Made by a program: the position numbers and the translations under genes. Below are positions 40,966 to 49,853 of a stretch of DNA of 64,000 bases, one piece after another. The stretch is from positions 2,003 through 66,002 of the forward strand of contig JAZNER010000019.1 of assembly GCA_045588675.1 (NCBI GenBank). Reading direction: 5' to 3'. The notes beneath the pieces are model-generated. The model was not told the origin of the DNA. It saw only the letters and a list, made by a program, of their open reading frames with translations, and searched no databases. Position 1 is the first letter of the stretch. Each line of letters starts with the position of its first letter. The DNA comes from Eubacteriales bacterium (GTDB taxonomy: Bacteria > Bacillota > Clostridia > Oscillospirales > CAG-272).

Positions 40966-42168
40966 TTAAAATGGATTTTGTCCGGCATAATTCCATCCTG
41001 AAAGCACATATCTTTCTCCGTTTTTGGCAATAATCTCCCGTTTGATTACCTGATCTATAAACTCTGGACATTCTTCTTGTCTGTAGTACCATTGATTTCC
41101 TACACAGCATGGAATCATTCCATCTCCGCCTTTTATAGAATACTCACATAGATCATAAACGTATTTCTTATCGTTAACGGAAATCACGGTACGTATCGGT
41201 CCGATTCCATCGGCATAATAATTGGTTTCGATGATATCTCTAAAAATATTTTTCTCATGGCTCTCAACTCTTCGAATTGAAAAGACGTGACAAATATATT
41301 CCTTCCCATCCGCTTGACAGATTACCTTTTCATCCGGATACCGAACAAGTTCTTTTTCCTCGAATAGATCTTTTGAAGTATCGACAGACATTGTTTCGTC
41401 AACAAGCTCTTTATCATATCCCGAAGAATCGAACGAAGTCAGTGTTTTATACGATTCCATATTTCCTTTCAGTATAACAACGTTGTAGCATATTGATTTT
41501 TCTTTCTTGCGAAATGCATAGTTGGAAAATATCGGTGACAAAAAAACACTTTCACCTTTTCGGAAAATCGTTTCGCCAAAAGCAGAATAACGATAATACT
41601 CTTCATTTTTTTGATGCTCCATATGACAAAGCATTTCTCTCATCGCTAAGGCGCAGGCATATTCCTTTGGTGATGTTTCATCCAGAAATTCCAGTGCCTT
41701 TTCGCAGAATATCATTCGCTCTTTTACACGCCCATACACTCCCGCAAGATATATATATAACTCACCAACAGTCTGATTCATACCGCACGAAAGGAAATAT
41801 TGGATACCGCCTTGAAAAAAATCCCATTTCTGCGAATGATCCTGATCAGTCGGATAGAATGGTATAGACAAATAGATGGTTTTAACAAGCCGCGCATCGC
41901 CGAGTGACTTTGCTTCGGACACCAACCGTGCAAGCACGTCAAAATAATCCTTCCGCATAGGACTAACAGCCGGTGAACTGCAGCGCAACAGAAGAACAAA
42001 TTGATCGTATGTGATCGGCAAATCAGGATTTGCCATAATAAAATCGATTATTTCATCCTTTCTGCGCGCAAAATGATCGGGCTGCCACTCTTGAATAGCA
42101 GCTTGTATCATTTGGTCTAATTGTTCAGAACAGTAATTATCACTGCATTTTGTTGTATTTACATTCAT
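40966..42168 (-). CDS. Hypothetical protein (~400 aa), no recognisable family
   Basis: This is a long clean ORF. The ATG at 42168 (MNVNTTKC) is more likely than the TTG at 42183. An alpha-helical N-half is followed by a Cys/Tyr/Trp-rich C-half (..MIPCCVGNQWYYRQEECPEF..). I could identify no catalytic motif. Confidence 0.6.
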   Translation of the reverse strand: MNVNTTKCSDNYCSEQLDQMIQAAIQEWQPDHFARRKDEIIDFIMANPDLPITYDQFVLLLRCSSPAVSPMRKDYFDVLARLVSEAKSLGDARLVKTIYLSIPFYPTDQDHSQKWDFFQGGIQYFLSCGMNQTVGELYIYLAGVYGRVKERMIFCEKALEFLDETSPKEYACALAMREMLCHMEHQKNEEYYRYSAFGETIFRKGESVFLSPIFSNYAFRKKEKSICYNVVILKGNMESYKTLTSFDSSGYDKELVDETMSVDTSKDLFEEKELVRYPDEKVICQADGKEYICHVFSIRRVESHEKNIFRDIIETNYYADGIGPIRTVISVNDKKYVYDLCEYSIKGGDGMIPCCVGNQWYYRQEECPEFIDQVIKREIIAKNGERYVLSGWNYAGQNPF

Positions 42169-42321
42169 AACTCCGTACTCCAACCTCCGGTTATTGATAT
42201 CACTGGTGTGATTATATTATAGCACATATTTGTGAAAAAACAAGTATCAATTCCTTAGTTCAAATTCAAGTATTCTTGGATTACATTTTCTGCTTTCCCG
42301 ACGTTTGCGTCTGGGGCAAGC

Positions 42322-42347
42322 ATAGCGTGTGGATGTCCACACGCTAT
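42322..42347. repeat. Perfect 12-bp-arm palindrome (ATAGCGTGTGGA TG TCCACACGCTAT)
   Basis: Read directly from the sequence. It is immediately followed by the small hairpin CGGGC-AGAA-GCCCG. Confidence 0.85.
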
Positions 42348-42393
42348 CGGGCAGAAGCCCGAACCCACTATTACGAAAAGATAACGGCACATC

Positions 42394-42555
42394 GTAGGGC
42401 GGGGGCTTGCTCCCGCCGTTTTTGTTCTCAACACGTGTTACCGTAGGGGAGCATTCCATATGCTCCCGAAAAGGAAAAGGGCGAATATGGAATCCGCCCC
42501 TACGATATTGTGGAAATATATTTGTTCTTTCGGCGGGAGCAAGCCCCCGCCCTAC
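42394..42555. repeat. Nested cluster of four GTAG-headed REP-like palindromic elements (BIME-like)
   Basis: E1 is GTAGGGCGGGGGCTTGCTCCCGCC (42394-42417) and E2 is GTAGGGGAGCATTCCATATGCTCCC (42443-42467). E3 is GGGCGAATATGGAATCCGCCCCTAC (42479-42503) and E4 is GGCGGGAGCAAGCCCCCGCCCTAC (42532-42555). E4 is the exact reverse complement of E1. E3 is the reverse complement of an E2-like unit with stem-preserving changes. Confidence 0.85.
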
Positions 42556-42620
42556 ATTATGAAATTATTTTCTCCGCTAAGAATGCAGAGGCGAGCCGAA
42601 AGTTTTTTTATAATCTACAG

Positions 42621-43730
42621 TTATTCTGAAAGCAACATATCGTCCTTTTTGATCCAACCGACCTTTCTCATAATCTCGCTGAAAATAAGAGAAAGAATTG
42701 CGGGAAGAACTATACAGACAAGCACAAGACCTATCCACATCATAGCTGACGGCTCTGTTGAGTCGATCACGCCGATAGGACCTACAAGACCGCAGGTGCC
42801 CATACCCGCAGAAACGCCCTGACATTTGAGCTTGAAAATCATTGTTGAAATCGGGCCTGTAATTGCAGATGCAAGCGTAGGCGGAATCCAGATCTTCGGG
42901 TTCTTACAAATATTGCCCATCTGAAGCATTGATGTTCCAAGTCCTTGCGAAATAATACCGCCCCACTTGTTCTCTCTGAAGCTTGAAACTGCAAAGCCAA
43001 CCATTTGCGCGCAACAGCCTGCAACACAAGCACCGCCTGCAAGCAGGAAGCCCTCGCTTGTTCCGTTAGCGAGTGCAACCTCAAATGCAGATGCTGAGAA
43101 AATCATAGCGCAAATTGCCGCACTTGAAATTGGTAGCGTTAAAATGATACCCATAACGACCGACACAATGATACCCATAATCAAGGGCTGGAAAGTCGTT
43201 GCGGTAGATACAAACATACCAAGATAATACATTATGTAAGATACAATAGGACAAAGCGCAAAGCTTGCGAGAAATCCTACAAGCAAGGTCACAACGGGGG
43301 TTACCAGAATATCAACCTTTGTTTTCTTTGACACAAGCATACCTATTTCACATGCGATAATTACTGCAAAAAACGCGCCTGCGGGGCCTGCCGCATAGAA
43401 AACGCCCTCACCCGTAGCTCCTGTTGCCGCCCAAGAGGTTATGGCTCCGTCGCTCATAATTGCTCCCATCGCATTTGACATTGCACCAACAGCCGCGCAG
43501 GAGAACATTACAAGCGGATGCGCGCCCAGCTTGTGAGCGATCGCTACGCCTATTGCCATTCCCGTAGCAGCCTTAGCATAGTCTGCAATCGTGTTGAGGA
43601 AGGCAATGTTTGTGTACTTTGCAACTGTGCCGAAGATGGTTCCGATAAGCAATGAAGCAAAAAGTCCAAGCGCCATAGCGCCCATAGCTTCAATAAAATA
43701 ACGGTGTAAATACTTTTTTAAAGTGTTCAC
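42621..43730 (-). CDS. PTS EIIC_2-like polytopic membrane permease
   Basis: The protein is 369 aa with about 10 TM. The N-terminus YFIEAMGAMALGLFASLLIGTIF resembles the PTS_EIIC_2 family as I recall it. No EIIA/EIIB gene is adjacent. Confidence 0.55.
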   Translation of the reverse strand: MNTLKKYLHRYFIEAMGAMALGLFASLLIGTIFGTVAKYTNIAFLNTIADYAKAATGMAIGVAIAHKLGAHPLVMFSCAAVGAMSNAMGAIMSDGAITSWAATGATGEGVFYAAGPAGAFFAVIIACEIGMLVSKKTKVDILVTPVVTLLVGFLASFALCPIVSYIMYYLGMFVSTATTFQPLIMGIIVSVVMGIILTLPISSAAICAMIFSASAFEVALANGTSEGFLLAGGACVAGCCAQMVGFAVSSFRENKWGGIISQGLGTSMLQMGNICKNPKIWIPPTLASAITGPISTMIFKLKCQGVSAGMGTCGLVGPIGVIDSTEPSAMMWIGLVLVCIVLPAILSLIFSEIMRKVGWIKKDDMLLSE

Positions 43731-43879
43731 TTTTCATACCTCCGATTTTTATTATAACCTAATTATATCACAATACAATTAGCCGCACAAGATGAAATTT
43801 TAACAAAATCTGCATAAAATGACAAGCTTTTTTATGCGAGAGATATAAATAGCTCTCAAAATATCAAAATTATTGTTAA

Positions 43880-46387
43880 TCAATGACATTCAAGCCAATT
43901 ATCTCCGCTCTTTGCCTCGACCTTCAGCGGAACAGAAAGTCTTGTTGCGTTTTCCATTTCTTTAGTCAAAAGCAAAAGAACCTCTTCCTTATGCTCTCTT
44001 GGGCACTCAATAAGCAGCTCATCGTGCACCTGAAGCAAAAGCTTAGCTCCCGTGCCGCTCTCTCGGAGCTTTTTGTGAGTATTAATCATAGCTATTTTAA
44101 TTATATCTGCACTGCTGCCTTGAATTGGGCTGTTTTTTGCAACTCTTTCACCGAATTTCTGCAAGTTTTTATTTGATGCAGAAATCTCGGGAATATATCT
44201 TCTTCGTCCAAACATTGTGGTAACATAACCCTGCCTGTGAGCATCGCGTACAATATTCTCAAGATATTGCTCAATCGCAGGATAGCTGTTAAGATAGCTG
44301 TCTATATAATCCTTCGCCTCGTATCTTGGTATCTTCAAATCCTCAGCAAGCGAAAATTCACCCATTCCGTAAAGTATTCCAAAATTAATCGCCTTTGCCT
44401 TTTTTCTCATTTCAATACTGACATTCTCCGGAGAAACCCCGAAAACACGGCAAGCCGTTGCGGTGTGAATATCACTGTTTGACATAAAGGCTTCGCTCAT
44501 ATGCTCATCGCCCGAAATATGCGCAAACACACGGAGCTCGATCTGTGAATAGTCGGCATCAATCAAGACGTAATTCTGATTTTTGGCGACAAAGTATTTT
44601 CTGAATTGCCTGCCCGCCTCGGTTCTGATTGGGATATTCTGCAGATTGGGATTTATAGAGGAAAGTCTGCCCGTCGCGGTTCCCGTCTGCTTGAATTCGG
44701 TGTGAATTCTGCCGTCGTCCCCGACACATTTGAGAAGTCCGTCAACATAAGTTCCCTTTAGCTTTGACATCTGTCTGTATTCAAGAATATCCTCGATAAT
44801 CGGGTGATATTTGCTCAAGCCCTCAAGTACCTCGGCGCTTGTTGAGTAACCTGTTTTGGTCTTTTTCCCACTTGGCAGCATAAGCTTTTCAAAAAGAACC
44901 TCACCAAGCTGCTTTGGAGAATTAATATTAAACTCTTCACCTGCAGATGTATAAATCCTCATTTCGAGTGCCGAGATGATCTCGTCAAGCACTATACCGT
45001 AATTTGCAATTCCCTCTTGGTCGATTTTGCAGCCTTCAAGCTCCATATCACAAAGAACTGCCGCAAGAGGCATTTCTATATTGTAAAGCAAGTCAAGCTG
45101 ACCGCTCTCGGACAGCTTGTCCTCGATTTTTTTCCACATTTGCGCGACATAATGCGCCTCGGGGATTTCAAGGCTCAGGCTCTCGCCTATATAGGTCGTT
45201 ACAAGCCGTTCAAGCGAGTAAGAGCTTTGCAGAGAGTCGTCAACATACGCGCCGAGCATTACATCAAAATAACAGTCACGCCAATAAAAGCCTTTTTCTT
45301 CAAGCAGCTTGTATATACTCTTGCAATCAAAGCATATTATTTTGTGCGACTTAATAAAGCTCCGGCTATCCTCATCAAAAACAGCCTTACAGAGCTTATT
45401 GCCGTCAGAAAAATATACATTTTCCCGATCGATAGACATAGCAAGAAATTCGCCGTCCAAATTCTGTAAATCAACACAGTCGGGACAATCTTGGCTTACA
45501 TCTGCCACTCTCGCCTCTTCCTTGTCAAGCCCAAGTCTTTTCATAGCTCCAAAGAGCTCGTACTTTGCAAACAAGGCTCTCGCACCTTCTCGGTCAATTC
45601 CGTGATTTTCGATGTCAGCAAGCTCTATGCCAATTGGAGAATCGCACTTGATCTGTGCCAAAGCCCTTGACATAAATGCACTATCCTTTCCGGATATAAG
45701 CTTATTTTTAACAGATGCCGTCACGCCTGCTTCTTCTAAGTTTTCATAGAGAGCATCAAGACTTTTCATCTCGGCTATCAGCTTGAATGCGGTCTTTTCT
45801 CCGATTCCCGCAACACCGGGAATATTGTCAGAGCTGTCCCCCATAAGAGCCTTTACATCTACATACTGACGCGCCCAAACACCGTACTTTTCAAAGAACG
45901 CCTTATCGTCAAATGTAACAGTATCACTGTTGGTCGCAAGAAGCACCTTGACATTTTCCGAAATAAGCTGCAAGGAGTCCTTATCTCCTGTCAGCACATA
46001 TCCCTCAACCTCTCCGCCTGAATTTTGTGCCATAGCGGCAAGAGTGCCGAGTATATCGTCTGCCTCATAACCCTCTTTTTCAAGCACGGTAAAGCCCATA
46101 GCTCTGCATATTTCCTTTGCGACGGGCATCTGTAGCGCCAAATCGTCGGGCATTGGCTTTCTGCCCGCCTTGTATGCATCATACATAGTGTGACGGAAGG
46201 TCGGCGCCTTCAGGTCAAACGCAACTGCAGTATAGTCCGGCTTTAATGCTTCAAGCTGCTTTAAAATAACATTGACAAAGCCAAAAATCGCATTGGTCGG
46301 GAAGCCCTCTTTATTTGATAAATATCTGATGCCGTAAAACTGTCTGTTGAGTATGCTGTTTCCGTCAATACAAAGTAATTTTTTCAT
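43880..46387 (-). CDS. polA: DNA polymerase I
   Basis: A 5'-3' exonuclease N-domain is present (LLCIDGNSILNRQFYG, GDSSDNIPGVAGIGEKTA). Polymerase motif A is DYSQIELR, motif B is RKKAKAINFGILYG and motif C is QVHDE. The central exonuclease domain lacks an obvious DxE, as in other Firmicutes. Confidence 0.96.
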   Translation of the reverse strand: MKKLLCIDGNSILNRQFYGIRYLSNKEGFPTNAIFGFVNVILKQLEALKPDYTAVAFDLKAPTFRHTMYDAYKAGRKPMPDDLALQMPVAKEICRAMGFTVLEKEGYEADDILGTLAAMAQNSGGEVEGYVLTGDKDSLQLISENVKVLLATNSDTVTFDDKAFFEKYGVWARQYVDVKALMGDSSDNIPGVAGIGEKTAFKLIAEMKSLDALYENLEEAGVTASVKNKLISGKDSAFMSRALAQIKCDSPIGIELADIENHGIDREGARALFAKYELFGAMKRLGLDKEEARVADVSQDCPDCVDLQNLDGEFLAMSIDRENVYFSDGNKLCKAVFDEDSRSFIKSHKIICFDCKSIYKLLEEKGFYWRDCYFDVMLGAYVDDSLQSSYSLERLVTTYIGESLSLEIPEAHYVAQMWKKIEDKLSESGQLDLLYNIEMPLAAVLCDMELEGCKIDQEGIANYGIVLDEIISALEMRIYTSAGEEFNINSPKQLGEVLFEKLMLPSGKKTKTGYSTSAEVLEGLSKYHPIIEDILEYRQMSKLKGTYVDGLLKCVGDDGRIHTEFKQTGTATGRLSSINPNLQNIPIRTEAGRQFRKYFVAKNQNYVLIDADYSQIELRVFAHISGDEHMSEAFMSNSDIHTATACRVFGVSPENVSIEMRKKAKAINFGILYGMGEFSLAEDLKIPRYEAKDYIDSYLNSYPAIEQYLENIVRDAHRQGYVTTMFGRRRYIPEISASNKNLQKFGERVAKNSPIQGSSADIIKIAMINTHKKLRESGTGAKLLLQVHDELLIECPREHKEEVLLLLTKEMENATRLSVPLKVEAKSGDNWLECH

Positions 46388-46671
46388 ATTTTAACCTCTT
46401 TGAGCTTATTCTCTGAGTCCTTATAATCCATCTTCGTAAATTATATCATATTATTACCGTTTTTGTCAAGGAAGGCTCGGCTTTTTATTCAAAATTTGAG
46501 ATGAAAACAGAAATTTTTACTGTATTCTTTATGATGCGGAGCGGAAGAAAAAATTTTTGAAATTTTGAATTTGATTATTGACATTGACATTTGTGTATGT
46601 TATAATATTTTATAGACACTAATATTGTATAAATTGTGACATAATATAACAGATTTCGGAGGTAAAAACAT

Positions 46672-47415
46672 ATGAACAGAAAATTTTGGACTATTTTTGT
46701 GGCGTTGCTTCTAACCGCTTCACTTTGCGCTTGCACAGGCGGCGGAGATGAGGAAACTACATCAGGTAACACTATTATTATTGATACCGAGGACACAACA
46801 GATTCCAATGTCGAATCGAATGAAACAACCGAACCCGATGCAAGCCAGACAACAGACGAAATAACAACAGAGCCCGAAGAGGCTTTGGCTGGCGAGCTTA
46901 CATATATTGAACAAAAGGACACTATTTATATTTACAACAGAAACGGCGCACTCAACATCCGCGACGGAGAAGAAAAGGTCGTAGTTTCCGTTCCTAACGG
47001 AACAGAGCTGCAGAGAATTGCTGTCAGCGAGGACGGCGTTTGGAGTAAGGTTATTTACGAGGATGCAGAGTGCTATGTAGTTTCTAACAGCGTTGTAAAC
47101 TTTGATATTAACGAGGGCTTCGTTGAGGTCAATAAAACATTGACATTAAAAGCCAGCCTCAAGGTTCGTATAGTTCCCTTCTTCAATGAGCTTTTGACAA
47201 GCGATAATCAGGTTGCGGGCTACTTAGCACCTGACGATACTGTTGAAATTATCGCTGAAAACACAGAAATCGGCTGGTACAAAATAAAGTATGAGTCTGA
47301 CTACACAGGCGATTGCTTCATCAAGGCAAATCCCGATTACTTTGTAGAGGAAACGACCGAAGCCGACAGTGAAACAACTGAGGCTGAAAGCGAAAGCTCT
47401 TCCGAAACCAACTAA
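46672..47415 (+). CDS. Putative lipoprotein with two SH3b-like domains and acidic Thr/Glu-rich linkers
   Basis: The signal peptide ends in LTASLCAC (lipobox-like). Two repeats resemble bacterial SH3 (..LNIRDGEEKVVVSVPNGTELQRI...WSKVIYEDAECYV.. and ..GYLAPDDTVEIIAENTEIGWYKIKYE..). The SD is GGAGGT. Confidence 0.6.
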   Translation: MNRKFWTIFVALLLTASLCACTGGGDEETTSGNTIIIDTEDTTDSNVESNETTEPDASQTTDEITTEPEEALAGELTYIEQKDTIYIYNRNGALNIRDGEEKVVVSVPNGTELQRIAVSEDGVWSKVIYEDAECYVVSNSVVNFDINEGFVEVNKTLTLKASLKVRIVPFFNELLTSDNQVAGYLAPDDTVEIIAENTEIGWYKIKYESDYTGDCFIKANPDYFVEETTEADSETTEAESESSSETN

Positions 47416-47426
47416 TTGAAAACTAT

Positions 47427-47459
47427 AAAAAGCTTGTCGAGATTCGACAAGCTTTTTTT
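47427..47459. terminator. Bidirectional terminator between convergent genes
   Basis: AAAAAGCTTGTCGA-GAT-TCGACAAGCTTTTT. Confidence 0.8.
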
Positions 47460-47460
47460 G

Positions 47461-48048
47461 TTATTTCTTTTTGGGATTTGGCTTTTTCTTCTTTTTTACT
47501 GCCGAGAAGCCGAACTTCCCTATTTTTTTGCCAAGCTCAAAATATTCGCCGTGGGCAAAGGCAGTAAGGTGGGCGCGCTCAAGACAAAGCTTACCGCCCT
47601 CGTCAATCAAATCTGGAGATACATCAACCGCCACAATATCGGCTAAAAACATATCGTGTGTGCCGAGAGAAATTACATCTGTAACACGGCATTCAAGAGA
47701 TAGCGGGCTTTCGGCAATCAATGGGCATTTGACCTCGCTCGCCTCCTCGCGCGTCAGCTTGCACTTTTCAAATTTGTCAACCTTAGCTCCTGTGTAAATC
47801 CCGCAATAGTCAGCAGCCTTCACAAGATTTGCAGGCGTCAGATTTATTACAAATTCGCCGCTTTCTTTGATAATATTATATGAATATCTTTGCGGTCGCA
47901 CAGAAATATATGTCTTTGGGGGAATAGTATTAATTATTCCCGTCCAAGCAACAGTTAAAATATTTGATTTTTCCATATCTCCAACGCTGACCATAACAGG
48001 CGGCACAGGTGCGATAAGAGCACCGCCGCGCCACTTTATCTTTGACAT
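47461..48048 (-). CDS. Flavin reductase-like (FMN-binding split-barrel) protein with polybasic C-terminal tail
   Basis: ILTVAWTGIINTIPPKTYISVRPQRYSYNIIKESGEFVINL is typical of flavoredoxin/flavin reductase-like proteins. The tail is SAVKKKKKPNPKKK. Confidence 0.8.
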   Translation of the reverse strand: MSKIKWRGGALIAPVPPVMVSVGDMEKSNILTVAWTGIINTIPPKTYISVRPQRYSYNIIKESGEFVINLTPANLVKAADYCGIYTGAKVDKFEKCKLTREEASEVKCPLIAESPLSLECRVTDVISLGTHDMFLADIVAVDVSPDLIDEGGKLCLERAHLTAFAHGEYFELGKKIGKFGFSAVKKKKKPNPKKK

Positions 48049-48185
48049 ATTTACCTCAAATATAAAATTAGTATTTTCTTTATTATTTTATCATAAAAAA
48101 CATAAAAAGTCAATAAAAGCACTTGAAATCAAGATGAAAAAGTGATATAATTTACTAAAATAAAGTTTTTGAGGCTAACAATCAT

Positions 48186-49394
48186 ATGAACTACATTTTT
48201 TCAAACAAAATTGCTTCCTTGAAGCCCTCTGCAATAAGGGAAATTCTCAAAGCACCCGCCACTCCCGACACGATTTCCTTTGCGGCGGGAAATCCTGCTC
48301 CGGAATCATTCCCAATTAAAGATATGGCGAGAATTTCAGATGAAATTTATCAGAGCTCTGCCATCATGGCTTTGCAATACGGAGCGACTGACGGATATTT
48401 ACCCTTGCGCGAGGCAATCGCCAAAAGACAATACGAAAAATTCAACATAGGCAAAAAAATCTCGCGCGGCGACAGCTTTGACGACACGACTATTATTGTT
48501 TCGGGCGGTCAGCAAGGCATTGAGCTCGCCTGTAAGGTCTTTTGCAATGAGGGGGACGCTGTAATCTGTGAAAACCCTACCTTTATCGGCGCACTTAACG
48601 CCTTTCGTTCAAACGGCGCTACACCTATCGGTGTTAAGCTCGAGGGTGACGGAATGAATATAGACGCGCTTGAAGAAACACTCAAAAAGACAAAAAATGC
48701 CAAGCTTATTTATACGATACCGAATTTTCACAACCCCGCAGGAATTACCACCTCTCTTTCAAAGCGTAAAAAAATCTATGAGCTTGCAAAAAAATACAAG
48801 GTTATGATTTTAGAGGATAATCCTTACGGCGAATTGCGTTTCTCGGGCGAGCATATTCCGTCAATCAAGAGCTTTGACGACGAGGGACTTGTTATCTACT
48901 CTTCAACCTTTTCAAAAATTCTTTCGGCGGGTATGAGAGTTGGATTTGTAATCGCACCCGATGCCGTTGCCTCAAAAATGGTGGTGTCCAAGCAGACAAG
49001 CGATGTCCACACAAATCTGTTCTTCCAGATGCTTTGTCACAAATATATGACCGAGTGCGAGCTTGATTCACATATTGAGAAAATTCAAGACATTTACAGG
49101 CACAAATGCGGCTTGATGCTAAGCTCGCTTGACAAGTATTTCCCAAAAGAAATCAGCTTCACTCGCCCTGAAGGTGGGCTCTTTATCTGGTGCACTCTGC
49201 CGCAAGAAATTGATCAAAAGACTTTTGTTAAGCTTGCGGTCGAGCGCGGCGTCAGAATTGTTCCCGGTGAAACCTTCAACTGCGATACAAGCGCCCCCTC
49301 ACAGTCCTTCAGGCTTAATTTCAGCACTCCGAGTGACGAGCAAATTGAATTGGGTATAAAAATTCTCGGTCAGCTTGCGCGAGAGCTTCTGTAA
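48186..49394 (+). CDS. PLP-dependent aminotransferase (class I/II, ARO8/LysN-like)
   Basis: IREILK...ISFAAGNPAPESFP at the N-terminus, and the PLP-lysine motif SSTFSKILSAGMRVGF, are present. Confidence 0.85.
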   Translation: MNYIFSNKIASLKPSAIREILKAPATPDTISFAAGNPAPESFPIKDMARISDEIYQSSAIMALQYGATDGYLPLREAIAKRQYEKFNIGKKISRGDSFDDTTIIVSGGQQGIELACKVFCNEGDAVICENPTFIGALNAFRSNGATPIGVKLEGDGMNIDALEETLKKTKNAKLIYTIPNFHNPAGITTSLSKRKKIYELAKKYKVMILEDNPYGELRFSGEHIPSIKSFDDEGLVIYSSTFSKILSAGMRVGFVIAPDAVASKMVVSKQTSDVHTNLFFQMLCHKYMTECELDSHIEKIQDIYRHKCGLMLSSLDKYFPKEISFTRPEGGLFIWCTLPQEIDQKTFVKLAVERGVRIVPGETFNCDTSAPSQSFRLNFSTPSDEQIELGIKILGQLARELL

Positions 49395-49456
49395 CTATTT
49401 TAATCGTTTTAACTGTTTAACTTATTTTTGCAAACCAAGAAAATTTACAAAAGCTA

Positions 49457-49806
49457 TTGACAAAATGTAACATTTCATTTATAATCTATAATATAAACCG
49501 ATGAGAAAGAATAGTAAAGCTATATTCCCTTTCCACAGAGAGCCGCAGACGGTGTAATTGCGGCGAAAGACTTAGCTTGAATGGACTTTTGAGGGCGAAC
49601 AGAAATGCTTTTTTAAAAGCAGATTATGAAAGACGGAGCTTGGCTCTCCGTAAACAACGGTCTGCATATTTTAAGATATGCGAAAGAGGACGGCTTCGCC
49701 GTCAAGCCGGGTGGCACCGCAGGAGCTTTTGGGAGAAATCTCTTATTTAAAGTATTAAAGAAGTCCTGTCCCAGCATTTTTACTGGGATAGGACTTTGTT
49801 TTTTCT
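49457..49806 (+). promoter_or_regulatory. Promoter plus Trp-specific T-box leader controlling trpS
   Basis: The promoter is TTGACA (49457)-17 nt-TATAAT (49480). In stem I the AG-bulge is AGAGAG and the distal loop is GGUGUAA. The specifier context is GAA-UGG-A, with UGG at 49582-49584. The T-box sequence GGGTGGCACCGC is at 49709-49720. The terminator is AGTCCTGTCCCAG/CTGGGATAGGACT plus a T-run (49762-49806). Confidence 0.9.
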
Positions 49807-49853
49807 GTCCCGACACTAATTTTTGGCTAAAGACACAAAGGAGGACAAACAAA

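Noticed and set aside
40700-42620. A prophage, ICE or IS element at the orphan-gene islet, and likewise at 57.8-62.3 kb.
   Set aside because: There is no integrase, transposase, relaxase, terminal inverted repeats of IS type, or phage structural genes anywhere in the window. Only scar-like repeats are present.
42247-42822. ORFs 42247-42459 (-), 42460-42822 (+) and 42577-42825 (-).
   Set aside because: They are translations of the palindromic REP-like units (Gly/Pro/Arg-rich nonsense) or shadows overlapping the 3' end of the PTS EIIC-like gene. None has an SD.
49626-49853. 76-codon N-terminal extension of the trpS ORF in the ORF track.
   Set aside because: It covers the T-box antiterminator/terminator and a T-run. 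A strong SD (AAGGAGGA) precedes the internal ATG at 49854, which gives the canonical TrpRS N-terminus.
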